Below are positions 1 to 13,358 of a stretch of DNA of 64,000 bases, piece after piece (the first letter of the stretch is position 1; every line of letters begins with the position of its first letter). Source of the DNA: Octopus vulgaris (taxonomy: Eukaryota); NCBI GenBank assembly GCA_951406725.2, contig OX597838.1, forward strand, positions 31,124,001 through 31,188,000, read 5' to 3'. Below the pieces are notes generated by a model. That model was not told the origin of the DNA and ran no database searches. It was given only the letters and a program-made list of their open reading frames with translations. The position numbers and the translations under genes are program-made.

Positions 1-148
1 AAGATGATGAAACGCATCAAGCAGAGGATTGATTTAAGACCTATGTCACTTGGTACCAAAGCATCGTATTTGGGTGTGTGTTCTACTATAAACTCAGGAT
101 GACCAATACTTCGTTAGTGGATTCGGCTGACGGTAACTGAAAGAAGAC

Positions 149-436
149 CCTCGAACGATCGGTGAACTAAAGGCAGCAATCACAGCAGAAATCAAGGAAA
201 TCCCCAAAGGGGAATGTGTTCGAGTAATTGACAACTTTGCGCGACGTGTGCATGTGTGCCTACAAAGCCGTGGTGGCCACTTGGAGCATATTTTGAAAGG
301 AACATGACCCTTATGCAAAGGGAATGATCGTACACAGACCAACGTTTAAGTACAGCAAATTTCAAGAAATTTGCTGGACCTTTGTAGGATTTAATAGCAT
401 TTTTATGGGTTCTGTTTCTTTTGGGTTTGCCCTGTA
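149..436 (+). mobile_element. Tc1/mariner-superfamily transposase C-terminal remnant with right TIR
   Basis: 149-307 reads PRTIGELKAAITAEIKEIPKGECVRVIDNFARRVHVCLQSRGGHLEHILKGT*, a typical Tc1/mariner C-terminus; ends ...tttgccctg followed by TA. Confidence 0.8.
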
Positions 437-492
437 TATGCATACATACATACATACATACATACATACATACATACATACATACATAGGTA

Positions 493-870
493 GGAGCATT
501 CCGTTGGTTACGACGATGAGGGTCCCAGCTGATACGATCAACGGAACAGCTTGCTCGTGGAATTAACGTGCAAGTGGCTGAGCATTCCACAGACACGTGT
601 ACCCTTAACGTAGTTCTCGAGGAGATTCAGCGTGACACAGAGTGTGACAAGGCTGGCCCTTTGAAATACAGGTACAACAGAAACAGGAAGAAAGAGTGAG
701 AGAAAGTTGTGGTGAAAGAGTACAGCAGGGTTCACCCCCCCCCTTACAGGAGCCTTGTGAAGCTTTAGGTGTTTTCGCTCAATAAACACTCACAATGCCC
801 GGTCTGGGAATCGAAACCGCGATCCTACGACCGCGAGTCCGCTGCCCTAACCACTGGGCCATTGCGCCTC
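493..870 (-). mobile_element. tRNA-derived SINE (head A joined to the 3' tail of the CORE-type family)
   Basis: Minus strand starts ggaggcgcaatggcccagtggttagggcagcggactcgcggtcgtaggatcgcggtttcgattccc (A/B boxes); 3' part matches 15205-15361 and 30030-30200; flanked by (TACA)n. Confidence 0.85.
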
Positions 871-910
871 CACATACATACATACATACATACATACATA
901 CATACATACA

Positions 911-946
<36 letters not shown>

Positions 947-960
947 TATATACATACATT

Positions 961-2335
961 TGTAAACATGATCAGGGCTTTGCATCACAATATGAAGGAT
1001 AGAGTATAATTTTGGCGGTAGGCTCTCTGAATCTTTGGCTGTGGAAAATGGAGTAAAGCAAGGAAACCTTTATGCACCCCCCCCCACTTTGCAATATTCT
1101 TTACTGTTGTGCTTTTCAAAACTCCGAGGAGGGTATTTACATAAAATATCGAACATCAGGGAACGATTTTAATCTGACCAGTCTGAAATTAAAAATAAAG
1201 GTCTTTACTTCACTCATTAAGGGAACCCCTATACGCTGAGGATTGCGATCTGAAACGGGCCTGCAATCTGTTGTATCTGCATTTGACTCACCTTGTGATG
1301 ATTATGGCTTGACCATCAACTTGAAAAAAAAAAAAGCAGTTGTAATGTATCAACCTGCATGTGGTGCTGTTTGCAACACCCCCTAAATTTTTCGTTAAGG
1401 GTAAATTACTTAAGTTTGTTGACTTTTTCATCCACCTTGGAATCTCTGTACAAAATGATGGAAATCTGGACACAGAAATACATTTGCGAATGTATTACAT
1501 GGGCGTGTTATGAAAGACATTTCAAATTGTTAGAATGATTCCCCACCCGCCACAATGCCTTCTCCGTATTTTAGGCATTAAACGGGGCTTTTTTTTTTAC
1601 TCCAGACACAGATGTCTTTGCGTCTGCAGGCATCTCTTCAATTAAATCAATGATTCTGTAAAATCAAATGAGATGGTCTGGCCATATTGTCCGAATGGTG
1701 GATGAACGCAACCCCAAACCGCTGTTTTATGGCGAGCTTGCAGAGAGGAAACACAGTGTAAACCTAAAAAGAGAGGTTTAAGGACGGACGGCATAAAGAC
1801 TGGCCTGAAGTCGCTTGGAATGGATCCAAGGGCCATAGAAACCCTTGCTTCGGATCGAGATGGATGGCGAACAAAAGTGTGTAGCGGAGGGAAAGCGTTT
1901 GAGGAGGCCAGGATAATACATGCAAGACTCAAGAGAGATTTAAAGAAGAATGTTGCGATGGCAAAAGTGAATCTCAGTGACCTTTTTGTGCGCAGTTTGT
2001 GACAGAGCACGCTTTTCTTTTGCTGGGCTCAAATCTTATTTGAGGACCCATGGAAACCGAACCTCCACCAACTATTCTTCCCACATATCTGTGCACACAT
2101 TTCAATGCCATGAACGCCATAATGTTTGCAAATCTAACGGAAGCCTCAAAAGACATTTCAATATCCACAAAGATCAGAACTTAACTGCAGCTCTTGGTGG
2201 TCCAAATCGGATATGCAATCTATGTGGGTGTCTTTTCAATACATTGTCTGGTTAAAAAAGCCACATCAGATGCCATGATGGAACTAAGGTGTAAGTACAA
2301 GAGATGGTTAGACTCTGCATAAGGAGTAGACAGCT

Positions 2336-2340
<5 letters not shown>
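961..2340 (+). mobile_element. Decayed, 5'-truncated RTE-clade LINE (RT C-terminal half plus C2H2 fingers)
   Basis: Frameshifted motifs VENGVKQG, EGIYIKYRTSG, LYAEDCDL (YADD-like), YGLTINLKK, QMRWSGHIVRMVDERNPKPLFYGEL, ETLASDRDGWR. Confidence 0.9.
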
Positions 2341-2377
<37 letters not shown>

Positions 2378-2443
2378 GAGGGAATATTATTCCAAACTTA
2401 CAGGGAAAAATTCAATTTAGAAATACTAAATCAATTTCACAAA

Positions 2444-2480
<37 letters not shown>

Positions 2481-2571
2481 TAGAAAAGAACCCCACCTTT
2501 TATCAATTCAATAATGAAAAATTAAATTATACCATTTAGAAAAATTTCATATCATAGAAAGATAATATGTA

Positions 2572-2605
<34 letters not shown>

Positions 2606-2608
<3 letters not shown>

Positions 2609-3362
2609 AATTAAGGACTGAACACGAAAAGTGGACAGTCAACATGCTAGATATAGACGTCAAATCGCCATTCTCCACAAAAAAAGATTATGTTCTCAGA
2701 TCAAACTCAGCACAAAACCATAGCAATAAACAAGTGAAAATATACGAAATAAATAATTACCCATGTACTAATTAGTTTCGGCTGTTATTTTCCGCAAGGA
2801 AAACTGCAGCCATCATCAGCATGGTCCGATATAAATGCAATTTGCTGGACTAGATGCAAACACGATACCGAAATATCGCATGCATGGAGTACAGCCTATT
2901 ACATTTGAATATATCTTTCAAATGCCTTTACTTTGGCGCGTTGAGACCCGAGAAAACTAGCCTGCAGCTAATAATTAGCAGCAGTCAATTTATCGGTTAG
3001 AGAAGATATTTATTTATATAAAATTAATTAAGGGTAAAAATTGATATTTATCAATTAAGACCAGTGGTCTAGCATATTAAAAGAATCCGAAGATTAAAAT
3101 ATTTATATATACCAATTAAGGACTGAACACGAAAAGTGGACAGTCAACATGCTAGATATAGACGTCAAATCGCCATTCTCCACAAAAAAGATTATTGTGG
3201 AGAATGGCGATTTGACGTCTATATCTAGCATGTTGACTGTCCATTTTTCGTGTTCAGTCCTTAATTGGTATATATAAATATTTTAATCTTCGGATTCTTT
3301 TTTAATATGCTAGACCACTGGTCTTAATTGATAAATATCAATTTCTACCCTTAATTAATTTA
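2606..3362. mobile_element. Penelope-like pseudo-LTR structure (direct repeat plus fold-back) containing a hammerhead
   Basis: About 2606-2690 is repeated at about 3111-3195; about 3020-3185 is inverted at about 3195-3362; bounded by (TA)n; diverged relative at 8410-8560. Confidence 0.7.
2761..2824 (-). ncRNA. Type I hammerhead ribozyme
   Basis: ccatg-CTGATGA-t-ggctg...cagcc-GAAA-ctaattag-TA-catgg; stems I and II intact, palindromic stem III, GUA cleavage triplet. Confidence 0.9.
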
Positions 3363-3367
3363 ATATA

Positions 3368-3435
<68 letters not shown>

Positions 3436-3483
3436 AAACAAGTCAAAATAGAAAATGCTAAAATAATTTTATAAAGAACATTT

Positions 3484-3521
3484 CAGTACCAGTTTCGGTC
3501 ATTTTGAGACCTTTTCAACTG
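3484..3521 (-). ncRNA. Minimal type I hammerhead, U3-A8 core variant
   Basis: cag-TTGAAAA-ggtc tcaaaat gacc-GAAA-ctgg-TA-ctg. Confidence 0.65.
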
Positions 3522-3655
3522 TAACGATTAAATAATTAAATTTAGAAAAATTAAAAGAAAAGTTTTTTTAAAGGAATATTTGTATAGTGTTCAAATATAA
3601 GTGGCATTCTGCCTTTCTCTGTCTCGCTTGTTTGCACTTGTGTGTTCGAGGCCGC

Positions 3656-3717
<62 letters not shown>

Positions 3718-3767
3718 CATACATACATACATACATACATACATACATACATACACAGACACGTATG

Positions 3768-3802
<35 letters not shown>

Positions 3803-3805
3803 CGT

Positions 3806-3854
<49 letters not shown>

Positions 3855-4151
3855 TGTATATACATATATATACATGTATGTATGTTTGTGTGTGTATGCA
3901 TATGTATATATACATACATATTTTTATATACACATGAACACACATATATACACATAAATATATTAATTAACTGATGAATGCATAACAAGTGTTGCGTAAT
4001 CAACTGCAATATCGTCTAACCGTTTCCGCTACAAAGAAGCGTGCACCCAGAGTTCCGTGCCAGAGCGAGGAGTGACAACTTACAGCACCGTAACGTCAGA
4101 GCCTTAAAACCGTCCCGCACCCCGCATACACCCCAAAACACGCATTCACAT

Positions 4152-4190
<39 letters not shown>

Positions 4191-4368
4191 ACACACACAC
4201 GCGCACGCGCACACACACTCACACATGCCTACTCACACTCACATAAACACACTCGTGTTACATGCACATGCTGTATAACATCCGGGAGATCTGGAGATTT
4301 TGATGATTTGCAAGTAGATACAGTCATGGATATATGAGTCATTCTCTTTCTCCCTCTTCATCTCTCCT

Positions 4369-4409
<41 letters not shown>

Positions 4410-4600
4410 GTCATTTACGGAATACAGGATTTACATTGGAGCTACAATTAGTTTCATCTGAAATCTGTGAACATTATATACTTGTCTTCCACTCAATGGC
4501 GTACTTTTTTGTCCAGTCTACTAATAACGAAACAATACATGCATACATACAACCATACATACATACGTACAGTAATATATATATATATACATACACACAT

Positions 4601-4635
<35 letters not shown>

Positions 4636-4681
4636 CATATATATATGTATTATAATTTATATATATATCTATATATTTCTA

Positions 4682-4744
<63 letters not shown>

Positions 4745-4846
4745 TTATCCATCCATCCATCCATCCATCCATCCATCCATCCATCCATCCATCTATCTAT
4801 CTATCCATCCATCCATCCATCCATCCATCCATCCATCCATCCATCC

Positions 4847-4941
<95 letters not shown>

Positions 4942-5871
4942 GTATTATGAATTATATATATATATATGTGTTTGTATGTATGTATGTATGTATGTATGTA
5001 TGTATGTATGTACGTACGTACGTATGTATGTATGTATGTATGTATGTATGTATGTATGTATGTATGTATGTATGTATGTATGTATATATGTATGTATGTA
5101 CTTGCAGCTGGTCATTGCCTTCCTCTCAATTGCATCCATTCTTCTTCCTCCTCCTCAGAGAAGAAGCAATTTATATCTACTTATACTAAATGCTATCAAT
5201 CCAAGTGCTTCTGCAATTTAAACCATTATACGTGGCGCTAACCAAATGAAGTCATACACACAATTAGCGAAAGCTAATTCAACAATGCTTCGTCTTACTG
5301 AAAGACAAAAACTGGAGTAGAATGTATAATAACCGAAGGAAACCAGTCGTGCGGTTCTCAAGTATGGTTTGCTTGTGGTGAAATCTGTGCTTTAATTCCG
5401 CGGATCTTTCTTCACAGTGAAGTTGATTGGATGTTTCTAGAGAATATAGATGGGAACTTGGTCATAATTAATTCACGTACATGCTGTTATATTCTTATGC
5501 ATGTGTATGTGTGTGTGTGTGTGTGTGTGTCTGTGTGTGTTTTTACATATAATATGCACACTCACGCACAAACCTCTTCACGTACACACACACACACGTC
5601 ATGCGTATTGGTTGGTTGGGCTCATGGCGATCATGTTCATCGTCTCAGTAGCTTCCAGCATGTACCTGCCTAGTATTTTCCTCTGCGGGAACATCAATAA
5701 GTTAATTAGTTAATTAATCAATTAATAATATTCCTTTTTTGTTCATTAGAAAATATGTAACTATTTTGTAAATAACAGGTATTCAACAACGTGCAGCATG
5801 CTGTATGCAAACACGAACGATAGCAGTTCAATCCATGCTTATATATGCTTCAATAACATGGCTGTTTGTTA

Positions 5872-6844
5872 TCAGGTTATCCCATAAGTTCCGTCCGAAT
5901 TTTGAATAAAGAAAACAAGTGATCAAATGTTATATTTAATTGAAATTTAATCATCAATGTACTTTCCCTGATTATCTATGACTTCCTTCCATCTATTTGC
6001 AAGTTTTTTAAGGAGAGGGGCTTTCTCCGTCCGGGTTGCGGATCCGTGGAATAAGCTGCCGGACGAGATAGTGAAGATGCCGACGACCGCTCGGTTCAAA
6101 GTCTCCCTTGACCAGAAATGGCCTGAACTCTTTGCATGAACACCACCCTGTACATAACTCCATGTCCCCCTACATGGCCTTGCTTTTTGCTTTTTGAGCC
6201 AAAAAATTAACTTAACTTAATCCCATCAATGTAAAACTCTTTTGGTTTCAAAGCGAAGAACTCTGAAATGTCAGTTTCGACCCCCTCCTGGCTTGCGAAA
6301 GTTATGTTCCCAAATGATTCTGTAAACTACGAAACAAATGGTAGTCTGAAGGAGCAAAGGTCGGGAGAATAAGGTGGATGAGGAATTTTTTTCCCAACCA
6401 AGCCTTTCGATCTTCTGTGATGTGACCTTTGCAGTGTCGGGTCGCGCATTGTCCTGATGAAACATCACTCCTTTTCAATTCACTAAAGCGGGTACTTTTT
6501 TCTTCAAAGCTTGGTTCAAACGCTCTAATTGCTGACAGTAGACTGGAGCGTTGAGTGTTGCATTAGGTGGTGGTAACAATTCAAAGTGAATTACTCCTTT
6601 GCAATCCCACCACATAGATAGAAGAACCTTTTTCCCATGAAGTTTCCTTCTCGGTTGTGGATGGGTTTTTTCCCTTTTACCAAGCCATTGTTTACGACGT
6701 TTAACATTTCGATAGAAGATCCATTTTCCGTCACTAGTCACAAGTCTATCCATAAAGGGAGAAATGAGTTCGCGAGAATAGAGAGAAGAGCAGATGTCAA
6801 CTCGGGACTTGTGGTTGTTTTCGGACAATTCATGAGGCACCCAT
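5872..6844 (-). mobile_element. mariner (DD34D-type) transposon, 3' two-thirds, pseudogenised
   Basis: WVPHEL, LVTSDGKWIFY, KVLLSMWWDCKG, FHQDNARP, PYSPD-like, DYHLFRSLQNHL and GKYIDD* on the minus strand, with stops and frameshifts; TIR tcaggttatcccataag next to TA. Confidence 0.92.
6011..6220 (+). mobile_element. CR1-clade LINE 3' fragment nested in the mariner
   Basis: RGAFSVRVADPWNKLPDEIVKMPTTARFKVSLDQKWPELFA*, then 3'UTR and (TAACT)n tail; ttaa at both junctions. Confidence 0.8.
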
Positions 6845-7081
6845 GTATGCAGGCGAAAACAAGTAGTACCTGCAATTCAAAAGTGTCAGCCTTGTTACAT
6901 TCTGAGCCGCCATTGTTTTACTTCCTCTTCCGGTTCATTCTGAGCCACCATTGTTGTTCTTCCTCTTCCGGTTCCATCATAAAAATATTGGCGCTGATTT
7001 ACCTATGCTTGCCTCTGTTTTGCCCTCAAAACATTTCTCTGTTGTCGGCCCCTCGAGGGATACTTGTTGCTGTTGTTGTTG

Positions 7082-7124
<43 letters not shown>

Positions 7125-7265
7125 TGTGTGTGTGTGTGTAATGGGGTCATAAATTTATGGCTTCCGCAATATAAATCTAATTGGAAACAACAACAACAAT
7201 AAATTACATCCAGACCACCAATAAGTTTAGGTCCAGAAATAGAACTAACTAAATAAATAAATGAG

Positions 7266-7329
<64 letters not shown>

Positions 7330-7330
<1 letters not shown>

Positions 7331-7351
7331 AAGAAGCCCGTCGTATATATG

Positions 7352-7384
<33 letters not shown>

Positions 7385-7586
7385 CTGTGTTTGTCCCCCT
7401 AGCATTGCTTGACAACCGATGCTGGTGTGTTTACGTCCCCGTCACTTAGCGGTTCGGCAAAAGAGACCGATAGAATAAGTACTGGGCTTACAAAAAATAA
7501 GTCCCGGGGTCGATTTGCTCGACTAAAGGCGGTGCTCCAGCATGGCCGCAGTCAAATGACTGAAACAAGTAAAAGAGTAAAAGAGT
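7330..7586 (+). mobile_element. SINE family B, 3' half
   Basis: aaagaagcccgtcg...cttagcggttcggcaaaagagaccgatagaataagtact...catggccgcagtcaaatgactgaaacaagtaaaagag; matches full copy 38723-39119. Confidence 0.85.
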
Positions 7587-7641
7587 ATACCAGTATAATT
7601 TTTTCTTTTTAATGAAGAAGTGAATTTGTTGGTGTGGCTAC

Positions 7642-8172
7642 TTAGTTAGTTAATTTTTTGGCTCAAAAAGCAAAAAGCAAGGCCATGTAGGGGGACATGG
7701 AGTTATGTACAGGGTGGTGTTCATGTAAAGAGATCAGGCCACTTGAGGTCAAGGGAGACTTTGAACAAAGCGGTCGTCGGCATCTTCACCATCTCGTCTG
7801 GCAGCTTTTTCCACGGATCCGCAACCCGGACGGAGAAAGCCCCTCTCCTTCGATTGAGATGAAATCGTCGCAGATAGAGCTTTTCGGAGTGACCCCGCAG
7901 CCGACACTCAGTTAATTTTTTGGCTCAAAAAGCAAAAAGCAAGGCCATGTAGGGGAACATGGAGTTATGTACAGGGTGGTGTTCATGTAAAGAGTTCAGG
8001 CCACTTGAGGTAAAGGGAGACTTTGAACAAAGCGGTCGTCGGCATCTTCACCATCTCGTCTGGCAGCTTTTTCCACGGATCCGCAACCCGAACGGAGAAA
8101 GACCCTCTCCTTCGATTGAGATGAAATCGTCGCAGATAGAGCTTTTCGGAATGACCCCGCAATAAGCCTTAG
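7642..8172 (-). mobile_element. Two tandem CR1 3' fragments (same family as 6011-6220)
   Basis: Two near-identical units of about 265 bp (7642-7908 and 7909-8172), reverse complement of 6011-6220 with a 5' extension. Confidence 0.85.
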
Positions 8173-8592
8173 AATAATAACTATGTGCTATTTCTTTCGG
8201 GTGAACGTTTTTGTGTATAACGCGACAGAATACGCCGAAAAGCTGCATGTATTTGCATTTTGCATTTTGTATTTTGCATTATGCAAGTGTTAACAATGAA
8301 ATCGATGCGTAGGTAATCGATTTATTTTGTATATTTTCGTTTTTCTTGCTCCTTTTTACATTCTGGTGTTTTTGCTGAGATTTTTCTTGAGAACACACTC
8401 TTCGTAGTAAGGCGATTTGACGTCTATCTTTAGCATATTAGGAATCCACTTTAGTGGTCATTCCTCAAATTAATTGTGATATAATTTTTAAATCTTCGGA
8501 GTTTAAAAAAAATATGCTAGACCACTGGTTAATTGATTGATATCAATTTCTACCCTCTTTATCTAATATATAAATATATATGTATCTACACA

Positions 8593-8658
<66 letters not shown>

Positions 8659-8670
8659 TATATATATATA

Positions 8671-8767
<97 letters not shown>

Positions 8768-9500
8768 GCACATATATATATGCATATATATACATATATA
8801 TATGTATATATATACACACATACATTCAGTCATTCATACATGCACACACACCACACACATACACACACACACAAACACACACATAATCTCTAATAAAAAC
8901 TCAAATTCTTTTAATACAAAATCAACTAAAAAATCTAAAGAGAGAATAAACGTATGTATGTATGTGTGATTGTCTGCATGCATATATGTATGTATATATG
9001 TATATATGTGTGCATGTATGTATGTATGTATGTATGTATGTATGTATATATGTATGTATTTATGTATGTGTGCCTGTGTGTATGCATGCATGTATGTATG
9101 CATGTATGTATACATACTTACATGTATGTATGCATGTATATATGCCTGCATGTATGTATATATGTATGTATGTGTGTATGTATGTATGTGTGTGTGCTTG
9201 TATGTATGTATGTATGTTTGTTTGTGTATGTATGTGTGTGCATAAGTATGTATGTGTATGTATGCATGTATGTATGTATATATATGTGTGTGTACTTGTA
9301 TGTATTTATGTATATATATGCATGCATGTATGTATATATGTATGTATGTATATGTGTTTGCATAACGAAAATAAGCTCAGAGAATTAACTCAGAGTGGTC
9401 TGTAAAATGCATCGAAATAAAAACGAATGAAGTTATATTTTATAAAGTGCAAAATAAATTCTCCAATTTTACCTCCTCCATAAAAAATCGTGGCCTCTTT

Positions 9501-9538
<38 letters not shown>

Positions 9539-9837
9539 CACACACATACACACAAACATACATACACACATATGCACGCACGCCCCCCCCCCCCCCCACA
9601 CATCCACACATCACTTTACCAAAGAGTAGGAGACTACAAAAATATGTTTGCACGTGAATGTGTGTATGTTTGTATATATGTATAAAAATATCGATATATG
9701 TATATATGTAGAATTCGTGTGTGTGTGTATGTGGGTGTGGGCGTGTGTGTGTATGTGTATGTGCATGTGTATGTGTATATGTGTGTGTGTGTGTGTATAT
9801 ATATAATATCTAAACATAAACAGGCACACATATTCAG

Positions 9838-9920
<83 letters not shown>

Positions 9921-9928
9921 ATAGATAC

Positions 9929-10073
<145 letters not shown>

Positions 10074-11314
10074 TACATATAGATATACATATATATATAT
10101 ATATAAGCGGTTTTTTATGTGAAAAGTTCACTTAGCCATTCGATAAATAGAGGTCGATAAAACAGCTACTACATTGATGTATGTTGTTCTCGGGTCCATT
10201 TGATGGACGAAACCCCCTGCAAGTTGGTACCCAACCAATGCCTTAGTGCAATGTATGAGACAAAGAATAAAGTATACATTCACAGACAGACGTAACCTGA
10301 ACGCCCCATACACACAAACACGCACGCACGCTCACACACACTCACACACATATATATACACACATAAAACTCTATTGTATGTCTGTTCGTGTAACTTCCC
10401 AATTATCATGGTGACGAGAAATAAATATAAAAAAAAAATAAGTGAAATTTAAAAAAGAACAGAAGAAAATATAAAAAAAAAACAAGGGGAAAATGCAGAT
10501 AAATAAAGAAAAAATTCAACATGGCGTGTTAGTGAAACGCCTAAACAAATAAAAAAATTTGACGAGAATAAGAGAAAACGGAGGGAAATACAAGTTTTAT
10601 TACAAAAACAAACGAAAAGAATTGTGAATTATTATTAAAATAGATGAAAAATAGATGAAAAAATGTCCAAAGTTGAAAAATTCTATAATTTTCTCAAAAA
10701 TACTTGTAAATGAATGAGAATTGCAAAAAAAAAAAAAAAAAGATCTTATTCTGGAACGTAGACTATGTTTGCTGAGAATAGACACGCACGCAAAATCAAT
10801 TTTATCGTATTTTTAACGAAGTTCTTACGTAATATTGAAGACTATATGCGAGTAGAATGAGATTTGTATAGAGGAGAGCTAACAATGATTGATGCAAGCA
10901 CAGACAACAATAATAACGTATAAAACAAAGAGGGGAAACGAGAGTAAGTAAGAAAAGAGATAGACAGCATTTTATATTAAACAACAATAAGATGCAAAAA
11001 ATACGGGGGGGAAACAAGAGAAAATGGATAAATTGACGATAGATAACGAGGGGAAATTGATGTGAAGATGGCACATAGGAAGGGGATGAATAGTAAAGCT
11101 GAGCGAGACGATTTGTCGCAGCTGTTTCGGCGCAGGCTGTTTGGCGCCGTCAGCTGGACATTGAAACGGTTTGGGCAACATTGCGTTTTTGCGCTGGAAA
11201 CAAACATATGCACGTGCACACATACACTCATACACTGACACAAGTACGAACATGCATGCGCGCGCAGAAATATAGGCACGCAGGCAGAGAAAGACATAGA
11301 GGGAGAGAGAGAGA

Positions 11315-11355
<41 letters not shown>

Positions 11356-11619
11356 CTATTATAATTTATTAAATGCTTTTCCTCCCAACGAAAAATGAAG
11401 TATGCCCGTACACAAACAAAGAAAGGGGAGAGATGTATTACTATACATAAGGGCATTACTATACATAAATAATTAGCGGTTCGGCAAAAGTGACCGATAG
11501 GATAAGTACTAGGCTTAGAAAGAGTAAGCCCTGATGTCTAGCATGGCCGTAATGACTGAAACAATTAAAAGAATAAAAGAATAAAAGAATAAAAGAATAT
11601 ATATATATATATATACAAA

Positions 11620-11762
11620 TTGAGATAGGGGTTGTAAATGCAACCCTCTATGGGATAACATATATCCAATATACTGCGAGTGAAGTACCCAACAAAGTTA
11701 ATTGAGTATTATCTGGTAATTGATATTTGATTTAGATGTATTTCTCCATTTTCTTATCTTGT
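11620..11762. mobile_element. PLE pseudo-LTR-like dispersed repeat
   Basis: gagtattatctggtaattgatatttgatttagatg.tttctccattttcttatcttg recurs at 16515-16575 and, inverted, at 53433-53510 and 54597-54690; all in (TA)n, and the 53.4 kb copy leads into a hammerhead. Confidence 0.55.
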
Positions 11763-12074
11763 ATATATATATATATATACATATATGTGCATACGGTACA
11801 TTTTTCAGGATTCAATCGAATCAGGTCCTTAAAGAGTAAAACCCCAAGATCGGGTCAGTGGAATCGCTATCGTGCACAAACAATTTTTGAAGACAATTAC
11901 GTATTTACTTAAGTAAACACAGGTCTATGCCCCGGTTGTCCGTACATTCACAAATGGCCGACTGAATATACAACGGGCCCTCAAAGTCGCATTGTACTGT
12001 ATTCACGCATTGTACTGTATTCAATTGACTTCAGATCCACGCGTATTGCAGGTTCCGAGTTTGGTGAATGATAA

Positions 12075-12312
12075 ATAAATAACAACGGATTGGTTGTGGT
12101 TCACTACAGCTGTTTCAGACGAGGTGTTTTTATTGATGGGCTGAAATGACCGAATTTTGGTCGCTAGAGTCAAAATGGCATTTTTGACTTGTTACTGAGA
12201 TGTTCAAATTGTTTGATTTTTATATGTATTCTCCTGAAGACAACATTTTAAACCATCAATAATAAAACACGTCTGAAACAGGTGTAGTAAACTACAATCC
12301 ATCTGTTATTTT
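12075..12312. repeat. Imperfect inverted repeat of about 65 bp carrying a degenerate hammerhead
   Basis: 12075-12139 is complementary to about 12253-12312; plus strand 12229-12291 reads ttctc-CTGAAGA...gtct-GAAA-caggtg-TA-gtaaa; the inverted arm has GAAA-cagctg-TA. Confidence 0.55.
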
Positions 12313-12317
12313 TATAT

Positions 12318-12354
<37 letters not shown>

Positions 12355-12575
12355 AATATCGTTGCTATTATGTTAAACTGTTGTATGTCCAAATTTGACC
12401 AAATGCGTTTCTTTTTTCATTATTCATTTTTGCTTGCAATAATCAGTTCTTTTGGTCAAACTATCGTATCTCCAGCTGCTATCAGGTAGTGCTATTAGGT
12501 TAGACATGGCCTGGACCAATCTTTGGTCGAAATATATCTAAGTTTTTTTTATCTAAGTATTTACATACATACGTA

Positions 12576-12822
12576 CCGTTGCTATTATGTTAAGTTGTAT
12601 TATGACCAAATTTGGCCAAATGCGGTGTTTTTTAATATCCATTTTTGCTTGCAATAGCAGGTTCTTTTGGTCAAACTATCGTATCTCCAGATGCTTCAGA
12701 TGCCAAGACATCAAAAATTGTCCAAGTGTAGTACAACGGTTTTTCTACGGAATGGTGAAACTATTCTTTCGTTTTCTGGAAAAGCAACGTTTTGGACTTC
12801 CGTCACTTTTGCATAATAACAA

Positions 12823-12825
<3 letters not shown>
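12576..12825. mobile_element. MITE with short TIRs
   Basis: ccgttgctattatg ... cataataacaacga flanked by TA; homologous copies at 12360-12482 (partial) and 40719-40972. Confidence 0.7.
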
Positions 12826-12887
<62 letters not shown>

Positions 12888-13092
12888 AGAAATTTCTATC
12901 GGTTTGTTTCGAGACGCATAAATTATAATGGTTATTGACAATTTTTGTCTTTTTTTCGGCATATTTGGCATTAGAATTTTTCTTTTGCCCTTATATTGTA
13001 AATTATTTATAAATTTAACCTTTAAAGGTATTTTTTGATATGCTGGTCATTGACGAAATTTTTTTCCCGAAAAAAATTTTATCCTACATCAG

Positions 13093-13160
<68 letters not shown>

Positions 13161-13166
13161 ACACGC

Positions 13167-13200
<34 letters not shown>

Positions 13201-13318
13201 TTATATATATATATAAAACAGTACTTGGAGAAGAAGAAGAACGGAACGAAACGAACGAATCGAATCGACGCGAGTGCGCTGTCAAACAATAGTGTAATAA
13301 ATAAAATTTTATTTATTA

Positions 13319-13358
<40 letters not shown>

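Noticed and set aside
795-870. tRNA-like sequence (also at 20808 and 54279)
   Set aside because: SINE head continuing into a SINE body; no proper acceptor stem
6453-6466. ctgatgaaac motif
   Set aside because: Antisense of the mariner FHQD codons, not a ribozyme
11112-11160. Minus-strand ctgac-ggcgc...gcgcc-GAAA-cagctg resembling a hammerhead
   Set aside because: Core lacks GA, and there is no UH and no stem I; may be a decayed element or other non-coding sequence
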